DNA of 64,000 bases from an uncultured archaeon (GCA_964486045.1 CAZALK010000003.1:96001-160000), one strand, 5' to 3'; shown: positions 39,731 to 50,324, numbered from the stretch's first letter. The notes: generated from the sequence alone by a model not told the origin. Translations and numbers: made by a program.

Positions 39731-40645
39731 ATGAATTATGTAGTTGGAAATTTAGTAGAACCTGTATTTAGACCTCCTTCTGAGTGGGACGCCTTATTGA
39801 TTGCTATAACGAATGGTTGCACTCGTCAATGTACATTCTGCTCGATGTATAGTTCCAAAACATTCTCTATTCGTAAAGATATAGTAGAAATTAAAAATGA
39901 TATTAAAAGAGCCGGTGCTTTTTATGGAAATCGAGTACGTAAAATATTTTTCGAAGATGGGAACGCTTTTGTTGTTAAACCTGATGTTCTTACAGAACTA
40001 ACCGAATATTGTTATAAAATTCACCCAAATCTCGAAAAAGTTAGCTCATATTCTCATGCCAAAGATATCATAAAAAAATCTGATGAAGATTTAAAAAAAC
40101 TAGCAGATAGCGGTTTTACGATGGTTTATGTAGGTGTTGAAAGCGGGGATAACGAAGTGTTAAAAGAGTGCAAAAAAGGGAATACGCAAGATGAACTTAC
40201 TCTTGCTGCTCAAAAATGTTATAGAGCAGGAATTTCTTGGTCGGGTATTTTTCTGTTAGGACTCGCTGGCAATGATCCTGAAAAAAGTCGAAAACATGCG
40301 GTTGAATCTGCTAAATTGATTAATAGAATGGCTCCACCAGATCCAATTACTTGGTATATATCACCCCTAACATTAGGTATTACTCCCGGAACTGAGTTGT
40401 GGGCGCAAAAATCAACTGGAGAATTCAAACCATGTACCCCTACAGAAATATTGGAGGAATTATACACGCTGATAGAATTCACGTCTGAGGACTTGCAGAA
40501 TTGTATCTTTAATTCAAATCACGCGTCAAATTATGTTAGCTTAAAAGGAGAATTAGCTAAAGATAAAGAGCTTTTCCTAAAGGTTGTTGAAGCTGGCATA
40601 AAATATCCGAACCTACGTCGACCGGACTTCCGTCGTGGATTATAA
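39731..40645 (+). CDS. Radical SAM protein
   Basis: FRPPSE, GCTRQCTFC (CxxxCxxC), GVESG, SNHASNY. Confidence 0.92.
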   Translation: MNYVVGNLVEPVFRPPSEWDALLIAITNGCTRQCTFCSMYSSKTFSIRKDIVEIKNDIKRAGAFYGNRVRKIFFEDGNAFVVKPDVLTELTEYCYKIHPNLEKVSSYSHAKDIIKKSDEDLKKLADSGFTMVYVGVESGDNEVLKECKKGNTQDELTLAAQKCYRAGISWSGIFLLGLAGNDPEKSRKHAVESAKLINRMAPPDPITWYISPLTLGITPGTELWAQKSTGEFKPCTPTEILEELYTLIEFTSEDLQNCIFNSNHASNYVSLKGELAKDKELFLKVVEAGIKYPNLRRPDFRRGL

Positions 40646-40689
40646 ACATTCATATGTGAGTGGAAAAAAAAGTAGAATTGCAATCAAAT

Positions 40690-41298
40690 CTATTTCACAT
40701 CTCGAACCATTAACCACATTGGTAAATTCACGGGATCTGGAATTACTACTTTATTAGCAACATGAAATCCAAACTTTTCATAGAGTGAAACATTCTTTTC
40801 ATTTTGAGTCTCCAAATATATAGGTTTTTTTTCTGTTTCGGATTTTTCTATAATTGCTCTTAAAAATTTTCCCCCAAAACCTTTTCCTTGAAATTCTCTT
40901 GAAACAGCCATTATAAATAGAAATATATGTGGACCTAAATCAAGATCTTTCTTCGCTTCCTCTATTGTATTAAAACTTTTTTCCATTACCTTTCTTAAAC
41001 TCGCTAACTTCATACCAAGAAAAAAACCACCACTTCGAAAAACTCTCCATCCTGTCATTTCACCTTTATCATGAGGTACAATTGCCATTACACCTTCAAA
41101 ATTATCAGATGATGAGTAAACATTACCATATTTTACACAAAATCTAAGCATAATCTTAAACTGGGCACGTCTCTTTTCTTCTTCTTTCATAAATTTTTCA
41201 AACATTACATCATCAGAATATGCATTCAAGAATACATCATTTACTGCTCTATTGATATCTTTTTTTTGTAATTTATGAAACTCTCCAATTAAAGACAT
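40690..41298 (-). CDS. GNAT family N-acetyltransferase
   Basis: FQGKGFGG, YLET...NV.LYEKFGF. Confidence 0.88.
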   Translation of the reverse strand: MSLIGEFHKLQKKDINRAVNDVFLNAYSDDVMFEKFMKEEEKRRAQFKIMLRFCVKYGNVYSSSDNFEGVMAIVPHDKGEMTGWRVFRSGGFFLGMKLASLRKVMEKSFNTIEEAKKDLDLGPHIFLFIMAVSREFQGKGFGGKFLRAIIEKSETEKKPIYLETQNEKNVSLYEKFGFHVANKVVIPDPVNLPMWLMVRDVK

Positions 41299-41359
41299 AA
41301 TTACTAATTAGATTTTTTATAATAAAAATCTTAATAATAACAAGTTAAACAAGATTATT

Positions 41360-42382
41360 ATGACAGTCAATTTTTTAGATTTAGTACATATTGAAATAAC
41401 TGTTCCAAATGCAGAAGAAGCATATCAAATTCTCCACAATGTGTTTGGAGCCGAGAAAGTTCAAGAAGAATTTGCGGGATTTTTAGATGGTGAGTATAAT
41501 AAAGTTATCCATGTTGGACTCGGGGATATAGTTCTACAGTTCATTGAACCCTTAGCTGAGGGGAGTTCTTGGCATACTCAGCTTAAAACTAAAGGATCTG
41601 GTGTTCATAATCTAACTTTTGGAGTAGAAAATGCTGAAAAAACTGCAACCGAAATAGAAAATTTGGGAGGTATTAAACCTCTTTTTACATTCAATTTAGA
41701 ATGGGGAAATATGATTCCCCCAGAAATTTTGAATGATACCAGTGGAAAAGTGTTTATGATGGATTCGATGGAGCATTTTGGCTTTCACCTTGAATTTGGA
41801 ACCAGTCCATTTAAAGAAGAGACTAGAAAGATGATGCCTCAAACTCGCTATGCCACAGGTCGAGACGAATTAATCGGCAATGTATCACCCATGATGCATA
41901 TCGAATTGGTCACCCCTGATATAGAGAAAACCTATGAGTTACTGCACAAGGTTTTTGGTTCTGAAAAAGTAGAAATTGAGTTTGCTAATTTCTTAGAAAG
42001 TCCTATTTCGCGTGTTATGCATGTAAATCTGAGCAATGTAGTATTACAATATATCCAACCAATGATTAAAATTGAAAATGAATTTGGCAGTTGGCATAAC
42101 CTATTAGAGAAAAATGGGGCATATGTACACAATATAACATTTATTGTTGATGATCTCGATGAGGTGGTTGAAAAATTCAAAAATGAGGGGATTGAACCGC
42201 TTTTCACATTTCCTCTTCAATGGGAGAAGCTCAATGAGAATATGAAATCGAAGATAAAACCAGTTCACATGATGAAAACAATGGAAAAGTTAGGCTTCTT
42301 CCTCGAGATGGGTGAAATCCCAACAGAGGAAGAACGGAAGGCTTTTTCAGATTTGTTATTTATTGATCTAAACCAAAAATAA
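41360..42382 (+). CDS. VOC/glyoxalase family protein with two tandem methylmalonyl-CoA-epimerase-like domains
   Basis: Two homologous halves: HIE..., L.VFG.EKV..EFA.FL, VLQ[FY]I.P, G..VHN.TF.V, GF.LE. Confidence 0.85.
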   Translation: MTVNFLDLVHIEITVPNAEEAYQILHNVFGAEKVQEEFAGFLDGEYNKVIHVGLGDIVLQFIEPLAEGSSWHTQLKTKGSGVHNLTFGVENAEKTATEIENLGGIKPLFTFNLEWGNMIPPEILNDTSGKVFMMDSMEHFGFHLEFGTSPFKEETRKMMPQTRYATGRDELIGNVSPMMHIELVTPDIEKTYELLHKVFGSEKVEIEFANFLESPISRVMHVNLSNVVLQYIQPMIKIENEFGSWHNLLEKNGAYVHNITFIVDDLDEVVEKFKNEGIEPLFTFPLQWEKLNENMKSKIKPVHMMKTMEKLGFFLEMGEIPTEEERKAFSDLLFIDLNQK

Positions 42383-42410
42383 TATAAACAAATAGAAGTG
42401 ATATTATAAA

Positions 42411-42812
42411 ATGATGTTTCAGTTTTTTAATGAAGATTGGCTCTTGTCATTAGATACTTTTGAAGAAATAATGTGGTTTTTGGTATTCTATTTGATATTC
42501 TTGTTGTTAATGGCGATTTTCTTGAAGATTGCTTTAGGTTTCTTTAGTAAAGCTAGACATACCAAATTTGGTCAAGTATTTGTTACATCTTTTCTTATAA
42601 CCATAGCTTTTGCTTTGATATTTCTATTTTTAGGCGGTTGGCTTGCGTTTATAATCGCAGTATTATTGATGTGGTTAATTATAAGTGTTAGTCACAATAT
42701 TGGATTCCTTGCTGCAATTGTAGTGACGGTACTGGCCTTTTTAATTTATGTACTCATCGCTATTGTTATTGGATTGATAATAGGAACGACTTTAATCGTA
42801 TTACCATTCTAA
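42411..42812 (+). CDS. Hypothetical membrane protein
   Basis: Almost entirely hydrophobic, about 4 TM. Confidence 0.75.
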   Translation: MMFQFFNEDWLLSLDTFEEIMWFLVFYLIFLLLMAIFLKIALGFFSKARHTKFGQVFVTSFLITIAFALIFLFLGGWLAFIIAVLLMWLIISVSHNIGFLAAIVVTVLAFLIYVLIAIVIGLIIGTTLIVLPF

Positions 42813-42885
42813 ATCTTTTTTTTTCTTAAGTTATTATTTATTTTGTATTAATTATTTTTTAATCAAATTAAAGCTGATTTATATT

Positions 42886-44388
42886 ATGGATAACAAACCA
42901 AATATAATAATTTTTAATGTTGATCAGTGGCGTGGGGATGTATTAGGACATCTGGGAAATCCCGCAGCAAAAACCCCGAATCTTGATCAAATTGTTAAAA
43001 ATGACGCTGTTTCATTTAGCAGTGCTTTTTGTCAGAATCCCGTGTGTACACCTTCCAGATGCTCTTTCATGACTGGTTGGTATCCTCACGTCAGGGGCCA
43101 TCGAACTATGCATCATATGCTTCATTTAGAAAGAGGTGAACCAAATTTACTTAGAATTCTTAAGGATAATAGTTATATGGTCTGGTGGGGCGGGAGAAAT
43201 GATTTAATTTCAGTAAAAGACGATTTAAAAGAACATTGTGATATTTTATTTTGGCCTACAAAAGAAGATCGTAATCGCTGGGGTTATGAGTGGATGCCGA
43301 ATCTACATCGATCAGATAAATGGCGAGGAAAGCCTGGAAGTGATAATTATTATAGTTTTTTTGCAGGAAAATTAGATACTCAAGAAAAGGATATTTATTT
43401 TGACTTCGATTGGGCTATAATTTTAGGAGCAATAGATTTTATCAAGAATTATGATGGACAAAAACCCTTTTGCATGTATATTGCGCTTGCTAATCCACAT
43501 CCCCCATATGGTATTGAAGAACCATGGTATAGCATGATTGATCGTAATAAAGTTCCACCTCGTAAAGAAACCCCAAAAAATTGGTTTGGAAAACCTTCGC
43601 TCTTAAAGGGAATGTATGAACGTCAGAATCTTCAGAAAATGACTGAAAATCAATGGACTGAGTTACGAGCAACATATTATGGAATGTGCGCTCGTCTTGA
43701 TCATCAATTTGGATTAATTGTTGAGGAACTAAGAAAAAAGAATTATTATGATGATAGTGCAATCTTTCTATTCTCTGATCATGGTGATTTTACAGGAGAC
43801 TTTGGTTTGGTAGAAAAAACTCAGAATACATTTGAAGATTGCCTTACCAATGTACCTTTTATAATTAAACCTCCGAGTAATATCGATGTTAAACCTCGGG
43901 TTTGTGATGCACTGGTTGAATTAGTTGACTTTTCTGAAACAGTTTTTGCTTTAACAAATATAACTCCTAATTATTCACGGTTTGGTAGAAATTTAATACC
44001 ATTACTTCAGGGGAAAACTGAAGAAAATAGAGATGCGGTTTTTTGTGAGGGGGGGAGACTTTATGGTGAGAAACATGCAATGGAACTGGAAGACCCTTCA
44101 AATTTAAGGCCCACTGGTCTCTATTGGCCTCGAGTGGGGCTTCAAACAACTGATGATGGACCCTATCATAGTAAAGCAGTCATGTGTAGGACAAAAAATT
44201 ATAAATATGTAAACCGTCTTTATGAGAAAGATGAATTATATGATCTAATTAATGATCCAGCAGAATTAATTAACATCATTGATGATTTAAAGTATAAGGA
44301 CACGCTAATTATGTTGAAAGAAAGAATGCTTACATGGTATGTAGAAACGTGTGATGTAGTTCCATTTAAGACTGATAGAAGATTTTAA
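42886..44388 (+). CDS. Formylglycine-dependent sulfatase
   Basis: PNIIIFNVDQ, CTPSR..MTG, PHPP, SDHG, ELYDL..DP.E. Confidence 0.93.
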   Translation: MDNKPNIIIFNVDQWRGDVLGHLGNPAAKTPNLDQIVKNDAVSFSSAFCQNPVCTPSRCSFMTGWYPHVRGHRTMHHMLHLERGEPNLLRILKDNSYMVWWGGRNDLISVKDDLKEHCDILFWPTKEDRNRWGYEWMPNLHRSDKWRGKPGSDNYYSFFAGKLDTQEKDIYFDFDWAIILGAIDFIKNYDGQKPFCMYIALANPHPPYGIEEPWYSMIDRNKVPPRKETPKNWFGKPSLLKGMYERQNLQKMTENQWTELRATYYGMCARLDHQFGLIVEELRKKNYYDDSAIFLFSDHGDFTGDFGLVEKTQNTFEDCLTNVPFIIKPPSNIDVKPRVCDALVELVDFSETVFALTNITPNYSRFGRNLIPLLQGKTEENRDAVFCEGGRLYGEKHAMELEDPSNLRPTGLYWPRVGLQTTDDGPYHSKAVMCRTKNYKYVNRLYEKDELYDLINDPAELINIIDDLKYKDTLIMLKERMLTWYVETCDVVPFKTDRRF

Positions 44389-44419
44389 TAAAAAAAAAAT
44401 AACAAATAAATGGGATAAA

Positions 44420-45316
44420 TTATAAAGGGTTATCTTTTATAAACTCAATCATAATTTCGGCTAATTCTGGGCCTTTGTCTTCTTGCACAAAATGGGATGC
44501 GTCTTTAACTGTCGTATGTTTTTGTCCTCGAGCTCCTGGAACATATTGCTGCATAAATAAATCCCCACCTCGAGTTACTGGGTCACTATCTGCAAAAGCA
44601 GTAAGAAACGGTTTTTCCCATTTCCCAAATTCTTCAAAAGCCTTTTTATTGGCTTCATGTTCAGGATCATCGACACTGATTGGTACTAAAGAAGGCATTA
44701 TTCGAGCACCAGCTTTATACGTGTCATCAGGAAATGGAGCATCATACGCGGCTAAAACATCATCAGATAATTTAGTAGTTGTTGCTCCTTGAAGTATAAA
44801 CTTGATATCAAAATTAGGGGATTCTCTTGAAAATTTTCGCCAATTCAAAAAAGCTTCAGACATGGGTTGTTCACCCGTAGGTAATCCTCCATTAGAGAGC
44901 ATAATTCGACTAAATCTATCCTGCTTTTCAATCGCAATCCTTAAGCCAATTAAAGAGCCCCAATCTTGACAAAACAATGTTATTTTTTGAAGATCAAGTC
45001 GTACTACTAATTCTGACATCCATTTTACATGTTTAGCATAAGTATGATCTTCTTTCTCTGTTGGTTTATCAGAACGCCCAAATCCTACTAAATCTGGAGC
45101 GATAATCCTGAAGTCTGCTTTTACAAGAATAGGAATCATGTGCCTATATAAAAAACTCCATGAGGGTTCTCCATGCATCAGTAAAATAACTTCAGCGTCT
45201 TTTGGCCCCTCATCTATATAATGAATTCTAATACCATCAATCTCTAAATAATGAGGTTCATATGGAAATTCGAGAATATTTTCAAACCTCTCATCTGGAG
45301 TACGTAATAAATCCAC
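44420..45316 (-). CDS. Haloalkane dehalogenase
   Basis: LRTPDERF, HGEPSWSFLYR, QDWG nucleophile elbow, AYDAPFP, HFVQED. Confidence 0.92.
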   Translation of the reverse strand: MDLLRTPDERFENILEFPYEPHYLEIDGIRIHYIDEGPKDAEVILLMHGEPSWSFLYRHMIPILVKADFRIIAPDLVGFGRSDKPTEKEDHTYAKHVKWMSELVVRLDLQKITLFCQDWGSLIGLRIAIEKQDRFSRIMLSNGGLPTGEQPMSEAFLNWRKFSRESPNFDIKFILQGATTTKLSDDVLAAYDAPFPDDTYKAGARIMPSLVPISVDDPEHEANKKAFEEFGKWEKPFLTAFADSDPVTRGGDLFMQQYVPGARGQKHTTVKDASHFVQEDKGPELAEIMIEFIKDNPL

Positions 45317-45443
45317 GATTTTTACCTCTACTTATATTTAATACTTATTTCACTGTAATATTTAAATTAAAATTAGATTATACTACACCCTCAAAAAAAT
45401 TTCCGATTTAAGAAAAAAAATTGACGAAAAATTCAATTCTCTT

Positions 45444-45968
45444 CTATACTGGTTCAGCATCTATCAATATTGCAGCTAAAAGTGCAGGAGTAGATCCTTT
45501 ATTAATCCATGCATGATTCGTTCCCCGTTGAATTACAACATCGAATGGTTTTAACTCTACCTCCTCTTCATCCAAAATGAGCGAAACTTCCCCTTCAAGT
45601 AAAATTATATAGTCCACGGTTTTAGTTTTATGCATACGAGGATCTCTTGTCGTATCTGGACGACAGTGAGTAGCGTCCATTGCTGCGAAACTAGCAGCTG
45701 TTTCTTTTTCTATCTCCTCAGCTGATTTTGAGGGATCTTCAGGAAGTACCTGAAAGTAAGCCAATTTGGAACCATTTGGAGGAGGTTCAAGTCTTACTTT
45801 TCGCTTAGCAGCATCATTTTCATCCTTATTATCTGCAGGAGATCTATCTGTAACCCACATTTGAAATGATGGAGGTCCGCTATAAGCAACTATTGATTTT
45901 CCTTCCTCATTATGACCTGTTACATATCTTTTTGAATTTCTCTCTATCAATTGTTTTACCTCATTCAA
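45444..45968 (-). CDS. Cupin domain protein
   Basis: MHKTKTVDY...GE...DVVIQRGTNHAW. Confidence 0.88.
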   Translation of the reverse strand: MNEVKQLIERNSKRYVTGHNEEGKSIVAYSGPPSFQMWVTDRSPADNKDENDAAKRKVRLEPPPNGSKLAYFQVLPEDPSKSAEEIEKETAASFAAMDATHCRPDTTRDPRMHKTKTVDYIILLEGEVSLILDEEEVELKPFDVVIQRGTNHAWINKGSTPALLAAILIDAEPV

Positions 45969-46004
45969 AAAATTTATAAATATTTTATATATATTTCTGT
46001 TCTG

Positions 46005-46496
46005 TTAATAATTAAAGTCATGTTTTCCTACAGTTATTTCTTGAGTAAATGTTTCATTTTGTCTTTTTCTACGTATCTCGATTAAATTTAATACATCATA
46101 CCCTCTTTTTTTTAAAAATGAGATACTTATGTCATTATTAGGATGAACCCAGTTATACAACGTTTCACCCCCTACCTCTTTTACTAAGAATTCTCCTTTT
46201 TCATATAAAGCAGTACCGATGCCTTTTCTCCTCAACTCTGGAACTACATAAAGAGATTCAGACCAAATAACATTTTCTTCTACACGACAAACATGATATC
46301 CAATAAGATTCTGTTCTTTATCTTCAGCTACAAATATTGGAAATTTTTTTTGCTGATAATGGGTTAATTCCTCTTGAGCACTTTTTAAATCAAGATCTTT
46401 CTCAATTCCTTTTAATTTGCCTAGTTTTACTCTGAATCTCCCTATCAATCTAACGAGTTCGTCTTTATCACTTGCATTATGATTTCTTATTATCAT
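46005..46496 (-). CDS. GNAT family N-acetyltransferase
   Basis: LYVVPELRRKGIG, VHPNN..SI.FLKKRGY. Confidence 0.88.
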   Translation of the reverse strand: MIIRNHNASDKDELVRLIGRFRVKLGKLKGIEKDLDLKSAQEELTHYQQKKFPIFVAEDKEQNLIGYHVCRVEENVIWSESLYVVPELRRKGIGTALYEKGEFLVKEVGGETLYNWVHPNNDISISFLKKRGYDVLNLIEIRRKRQNETFTQEITVGKHDFNY

Positions 46497-46681
46497 AAAA
46501 ATCCATCTATTATATAAATTAAGCCAATAGGATGAAGAAACATAACTTTAAAATATAGTTTGTTAAGTCAAAAATTTTGGAGTAGGAATAGAAAAATTGA
46601 AAAACTCAGAAACTAAAATGAATCAATTAATAAGAATATCTTTCTTAGGTTAATTAATCAGTAATGTGAGGTTGTTAAAGA

Positions 46682-46828
46682 ATAATAGACTCTGGCCTAA
46701 ATGAACTTAGAAAAAGAAAAACCAGACGAATTATACTCTGGACATGCGGAATAACGGCTACGGCAGCTCTAATAACCATGTTTGCAATTCTTGGTTTAGC
46801 TGATTTACAAAATGGTAGTGGAAATTGA
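46682..46828 (+). CDS. Putative 48-aa single-TM microprotein (ATA start)
   Basis: GAGGT SD at 46668-46672; IIDSGLNELRKRKTRRIILWTCGITATAALITMFAILGLADLQNGSGN: basic patch then hydrophobic helix. Confidence 0.4.
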   Translation: MIDSGLNELRKRKTRRIILWTCGITATAALITMFAILGLADLQNGSGN

Positions 46829-47053
46829 TCCTGTATCAATAGTTTTTCCATACTAGAAATTTATAGAGATTTAAGTAAACAATTGAACAATGTGATATCA
46901 ATAATTAAGTATGTAAATCTAATTTAAAACCGAATTGAATGAATCTTGCAAAAAAATGATAGTTGTAAGAAGACACACCTTGCAAAGGTTTCGGTTATAC
47001 CATTCCCAAATTATAATCAGAAATTAAAAAATAATAAACTCTAAATATACATT

Positions 47054-47206
47054 ATGCCAATAGTAAAGCTCAAAGTAAATGAAAAGGAAGTTCCACTAAA
47101 GGATTTTATGGAGGGTATGCTAACTAATATAATCCTCGGTTATTTAAAATCAACGAAAGGTGTACCCGAAGACATAGAAAATATAAAAATAGATATAAAA
47201 ATATAA
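47054..47206 (+). CDS. 50-aa protein resembling the stand-alone C-terminal domain of MobB
   Basis: MPIVKLKVNEKEVPLKDFMEGMLTNIILGYLKSTKGVPEDIENIKIDIKI; below ORF-track cutoff; T-rich tract after stop. Confidence 0.7.
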   Translation: MPIVKLKVNEKEVPLKDFMEGMLTNIILGYLKSTKGVPEDIENIKIDIKI

Positions 47207-47250
47207 TTTTTTTTCACTTCTTATAAAAATAAAAAAAAAGAAGTAAGATT

Positions 47251-48576
47251 TTATAGTTCTTGGATTGCCCTTTCTTTTGCCATCTTTTCTTCCTCAGTTA
47301 GCTCAACTTCTCCTCTTTTTACAAAGAACATTATGATAAACGCTAAGATAAAGAAAAATGCTCCATTTAGTAATAAAGTTGGATCAGTCATCAAATCTGT
47401 AAGACCCCCAACGATCATGGGACCTAAAATAGCGGCTAAGAAGCTAAAAAAATAATATAGCCCTGTATAAGTTCCAATTTTTCTTTCTGTTGGTGCTAAT
47501 TCCCATACAATAACTATTGAGTTTACATTGATTAAAGCCCATCCAATACCTAGGAACGCTAAAGGGATCGCTATTAAAAAAAGACTTACTTTCATTATGC
47601 CCATTACAAATCCTATAATAAGCATCACAATCCAAATCAGGATACCTATCTTTATAGCTTTCCTTCTACCAATTTTGGTTGATAGTATAGACAATGGATA
47701 AATGAAAATTAATAATGGTAGCGTTACAAAGAATGGTAAAAAACCAGCAAGACCTTCACTGTATCCTAAAACATTAACACCGTATATTGAGATTAGAGCT
47801 ACAATTCCTTGATATCCAATAAACCAACAGAAAATTGCCAATAGTATAAATAGTGTACTCCTGTCTTCCTCTTGTAAGATATCCTTAATGCTTTCAATTA
47901 AACCAGGGGGTTTTTTTTCTCCCTTTACTTTTTTCCCTTCTTTTTCTTCGACTTCCAGGATTGATTGGTAACTATAAGCATCTTTTTCCTTTATTTTCCA
48001 GAATAAAACAGCCAATGCAAGAACCATAATTACTGAAACAATTATAAACGTAGTCTGTCTACCAATATTTACATCTGAAAAAGCATCTACGACGTAACTT
48101 AAACCATATCCAATAGCAACCCCAAGACCACCCATTAAGTTAATTAATCCATTTCCTTTACTTCGATTAATGGGTTTTACAAAATCAGGCATTATTGAAA
48201 CCGCTTGAGCTCTGTATATTCCCATGCTTATTCCAAAAAATAGCATCCAAATAAATAACCAGAGTAAAGAAGTTTCTGTAGGAATTAATGCAAAGAATAG
48301 CGCCCCTAAGGGGATACCTATCATTAAATACGGCATCCTCCTTCCATATTTTGTACGAGTATTATCTGAAATCGACCCCATAATGGGTTGGAGAAAGACA
48401 CCAATTATATTATCGAGTGCCATAAGTAAACCCACCATAAATAATGAAGGTAAATAATTTTCCAATAATAAAGGCACTTGCGCATTATAGAGTGCCCAAG
48501 CAATTTCCGATGAGAAAAAAGCTAGCCCAATTAATAAAGTTTGTTTTACATTTAATTTCGGAGTAGTTTCTGACAT
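47251..48576 (-). CDS. MFS transporter (SLC45/MalT-like, possibly sugar)
   Basis: QPIMGSISDNTRTKYGRRMPY; GTYTGLYY; about 12 TM. Confidence 0.88.
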   Translation of the reverse strand: MSETTPKLNVKQTLLIGLAFFSSEIAWALYNAQVPLLLENYLPSLFMVGLLMALDNIIGVFLQPIMGSISDNTRTKYGRRMPYLMIGIPLGALFFALIPTETSLLWLFIWMLFFGISMGIYRAQAVSIMPDFVKPINRSKGNGLINLMGGLGVAIGYGLSYVVDAFSDVNIGRQTTFIIVSVIMVLALAVLFWKIKEKDAYSYQSILEVEEKEGKKVKGEKKPPGLIESIKDILQEEDRSTLFILLAIFCWFIGYQGIVALISIYGVNVLGYSEGLAGFLPFFVTLPLLIFIYPLSILSTKIGRRKAIKIGILIWIVMLIIGFVMGIMKVSLFLIAIPLAFLGIGWALINVNSIVIVWELAPTERKIGTYTGLYYFFSFLAAILGPMIVGGLTDLMTDPTLLLNGAFFFILAFIIMFFVKRGEVELTEEEKMAKERAIQEL

Positions 48577-48748
48577 TTTTTTTAATAGATTTTTTATAAT
48601 TAATTGATTATATATTTAATCTTGATATATTTAAAAGATCCTCTCAAAGAATTCTTATCTTAAACGGTTTCACAAAAAATTTAACCATTTTGATAATCTG
48701 ATTGAATTCCAAAAATCCTTTAAATATGACTTCTGATATTTTTTAAGG

Positions 48749-49633
48749 ATGAAGTTAGAACCAGAATGTGTAGGATGCATTTTTAACCAAATATTAAAAG
48801 CATTAAAATTACTTCGACCTAATATTTCTCGTGAAGAAATCATTTCTGCTCAGAAAAAATTAATGGAATTACTTCAAAATTTTGATATAGATGCCAATAT
48901 ATCTCCTATATTGGGAAATGTAGCATATAGTATTATTTCAGAAGTTTTAGATGAGGAAGATCCATATAAAATTCTTAAAGAGGAGTACAATCAACTTGTT
49001 TTAGAAAATTATGAAGAAATTAAGAAATTAATTGAGGATGCTGTAGATCCTTTATTTCAAGCTATCATAGTTTCAGCAATTGGGAATACTATTGATTTTG
49101 CAAGCCAACACGAGATTGATTTAATCGCGGATATAAAAAATTACGATCAAGAAAATTTGGTCATCAACGATTATTCTGCCTTTAAAAAATCCTTAAGAAA
49201 TGCAGAATCTCTATTAATTATTGGAGATAATGCAGGAGAAATTGTTTTTGACAAACTCCTAATTGTAATTATTAAGAATTTTTATCCTAATTTAGATATT
49301 ATTTATTCTGTAAGGGAAAGTCCAATTATAAACGATGCAACAATGGTAGATGCTAAATTTGTTGGATTAACAGATTTAGCTAATGTAATTGAATCAAGTG
49401 CAACCCCCGGAGTTGATATATACTCATCTCCGGATGAATTTAAGAAATATTTTTTTCAAAAAGGAACTGTAATTTTATCAAAAGGTCAAGGAAACTTTGA
49501 GAGTCTTTATGATATTGAGTTATCCAGTAAAGAAATCTACTATTTGATGAAAGTCAAGTGTAATCTTATGGAAAGAATATTTGGGGCTAAAATTGGTGAT
49601 TTAATTTTCAAAAAGAAAATCAAGGGTAATTAA
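48749..49633 (+). CDS. ARMT1/DUF89 damage-control phosphatase
   Basis: ECVGC, GNTIDF, GDNAGEIVFD, PIINDAT, SKGQGNFESL. Confidence 0.92.
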   Translation: MKLEPECVGCIFNQILKALKLLRPNISREEIISAQKKLMELLQNFDIDANISPILGNVAYSIISEVLDEEDPYKILKEEYNQLVLENYEEIKKLIEDAVDPLFQAIIVSAIGNTIDFASQHEIDLIADIKNYDQENLVINDYSAFKKSLRNAESLLIIGDNAGEIVFDKLLIVIIKNFYPNLDIIYSVRESPIINDATMVDAKFVGLTDLANVIESSATPGVDIYSSPDEFKKYFFQKGTVILSKGQGNFESLYDIELSSKEIYYLMKVKCNLMERIFGAKIGDLIFKKKIKGN

Positions 49634-49671
49634 ATTTAGCTTTAATCTAATTTATTAAATTTACACTGATC

Positions 49672-50160
49672 TTAGTTTGATTTTGTCCTTAACTTCTTGA
49701 TAGCTTCAGTAAAAAATCCAAAATCCTCTATCTCGGTTTTTTCCTTCGAATCTTTTACTGTTTTAAAATATTCTTTGATTTGCTTTGATAAAATAGTTTT
49801 AAATGGTTCAAATTGACTAATCTCAAAACTATCATTACTAATTTCAGTTCTGTAAAGTGAAAAAAACATATCTAGAGACTTTTCAGCTTCCCCTCGGATA
49901 TCATGCTTAAGAAACTCCTTGTCAAGAATGGCAACGAAAATTAAACCGTATTTATAAACGATTATCATTTCTACATCAAGGCCTTTAACGTTAATCTCTT
50001 CGATTTCCCCTAAATTGTTACCAAACAAACGTAGTGCTCCAACAAAGGAGGATAACAAAACAGGATCGATTTTTGAATCTAAAATGAGATCAAGTAAATA
50101 TTCACCAGATTCTTTGCAAATAACGATACCTTTTAGCAGTTTATGTTCCTCAGAAATGAT
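49672..50160 (-). CDS. Longin-domain protein (start near 50157-50166, ATT/ATC)
   Basis: Frame stays open upstream of the track start 50058 up to TAA at 50185-50187: SEEHKLLKGIVICKESGEYLL...DPVLLSSFVGALRLFG...GLIFVAILD...LDMFFSLY...FEPFK, a beta-beta-alpha-beta-beta-beta-alpha-alpha longin pattern. Confidence 0.72.
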   Translation of the reverse strand: MISEEHKLLKGIVICKESGEYLLDLILDSKIDPVLLSSFVGALRLFGNNLGEIEEINVKGLDVEMIIVYKYGLIFVAILDKEFLKHDIRGEAEKSLDMFFSLYRTEISNDSFEISQFEPFKTILSKQIKEYFKTVKDSKEKTEIEDFGFFTEAIKKLRTKSN

Positions 50161-50324
50161 AATAATATTCCCTATTATTCTATCTTATATACCTTATAAA
50201 ATTAAAATAAATCTAGTCTAATAAATGCTCTCAGATTATTAATTTTTCAAAATAGATGTAATATCTAAGAGCAAGACTAAATAATTAAAGTTTGCTAAAG
50301 AGATTAAAAAAGAGATAATAACGA

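Noticed and set aside
39731-44388. Radical SAM protein as the sulfatase maturase
   Set aside because: It lacks the Cys-rich SPASM domain of anSME and is not adjacent to the sulfatase
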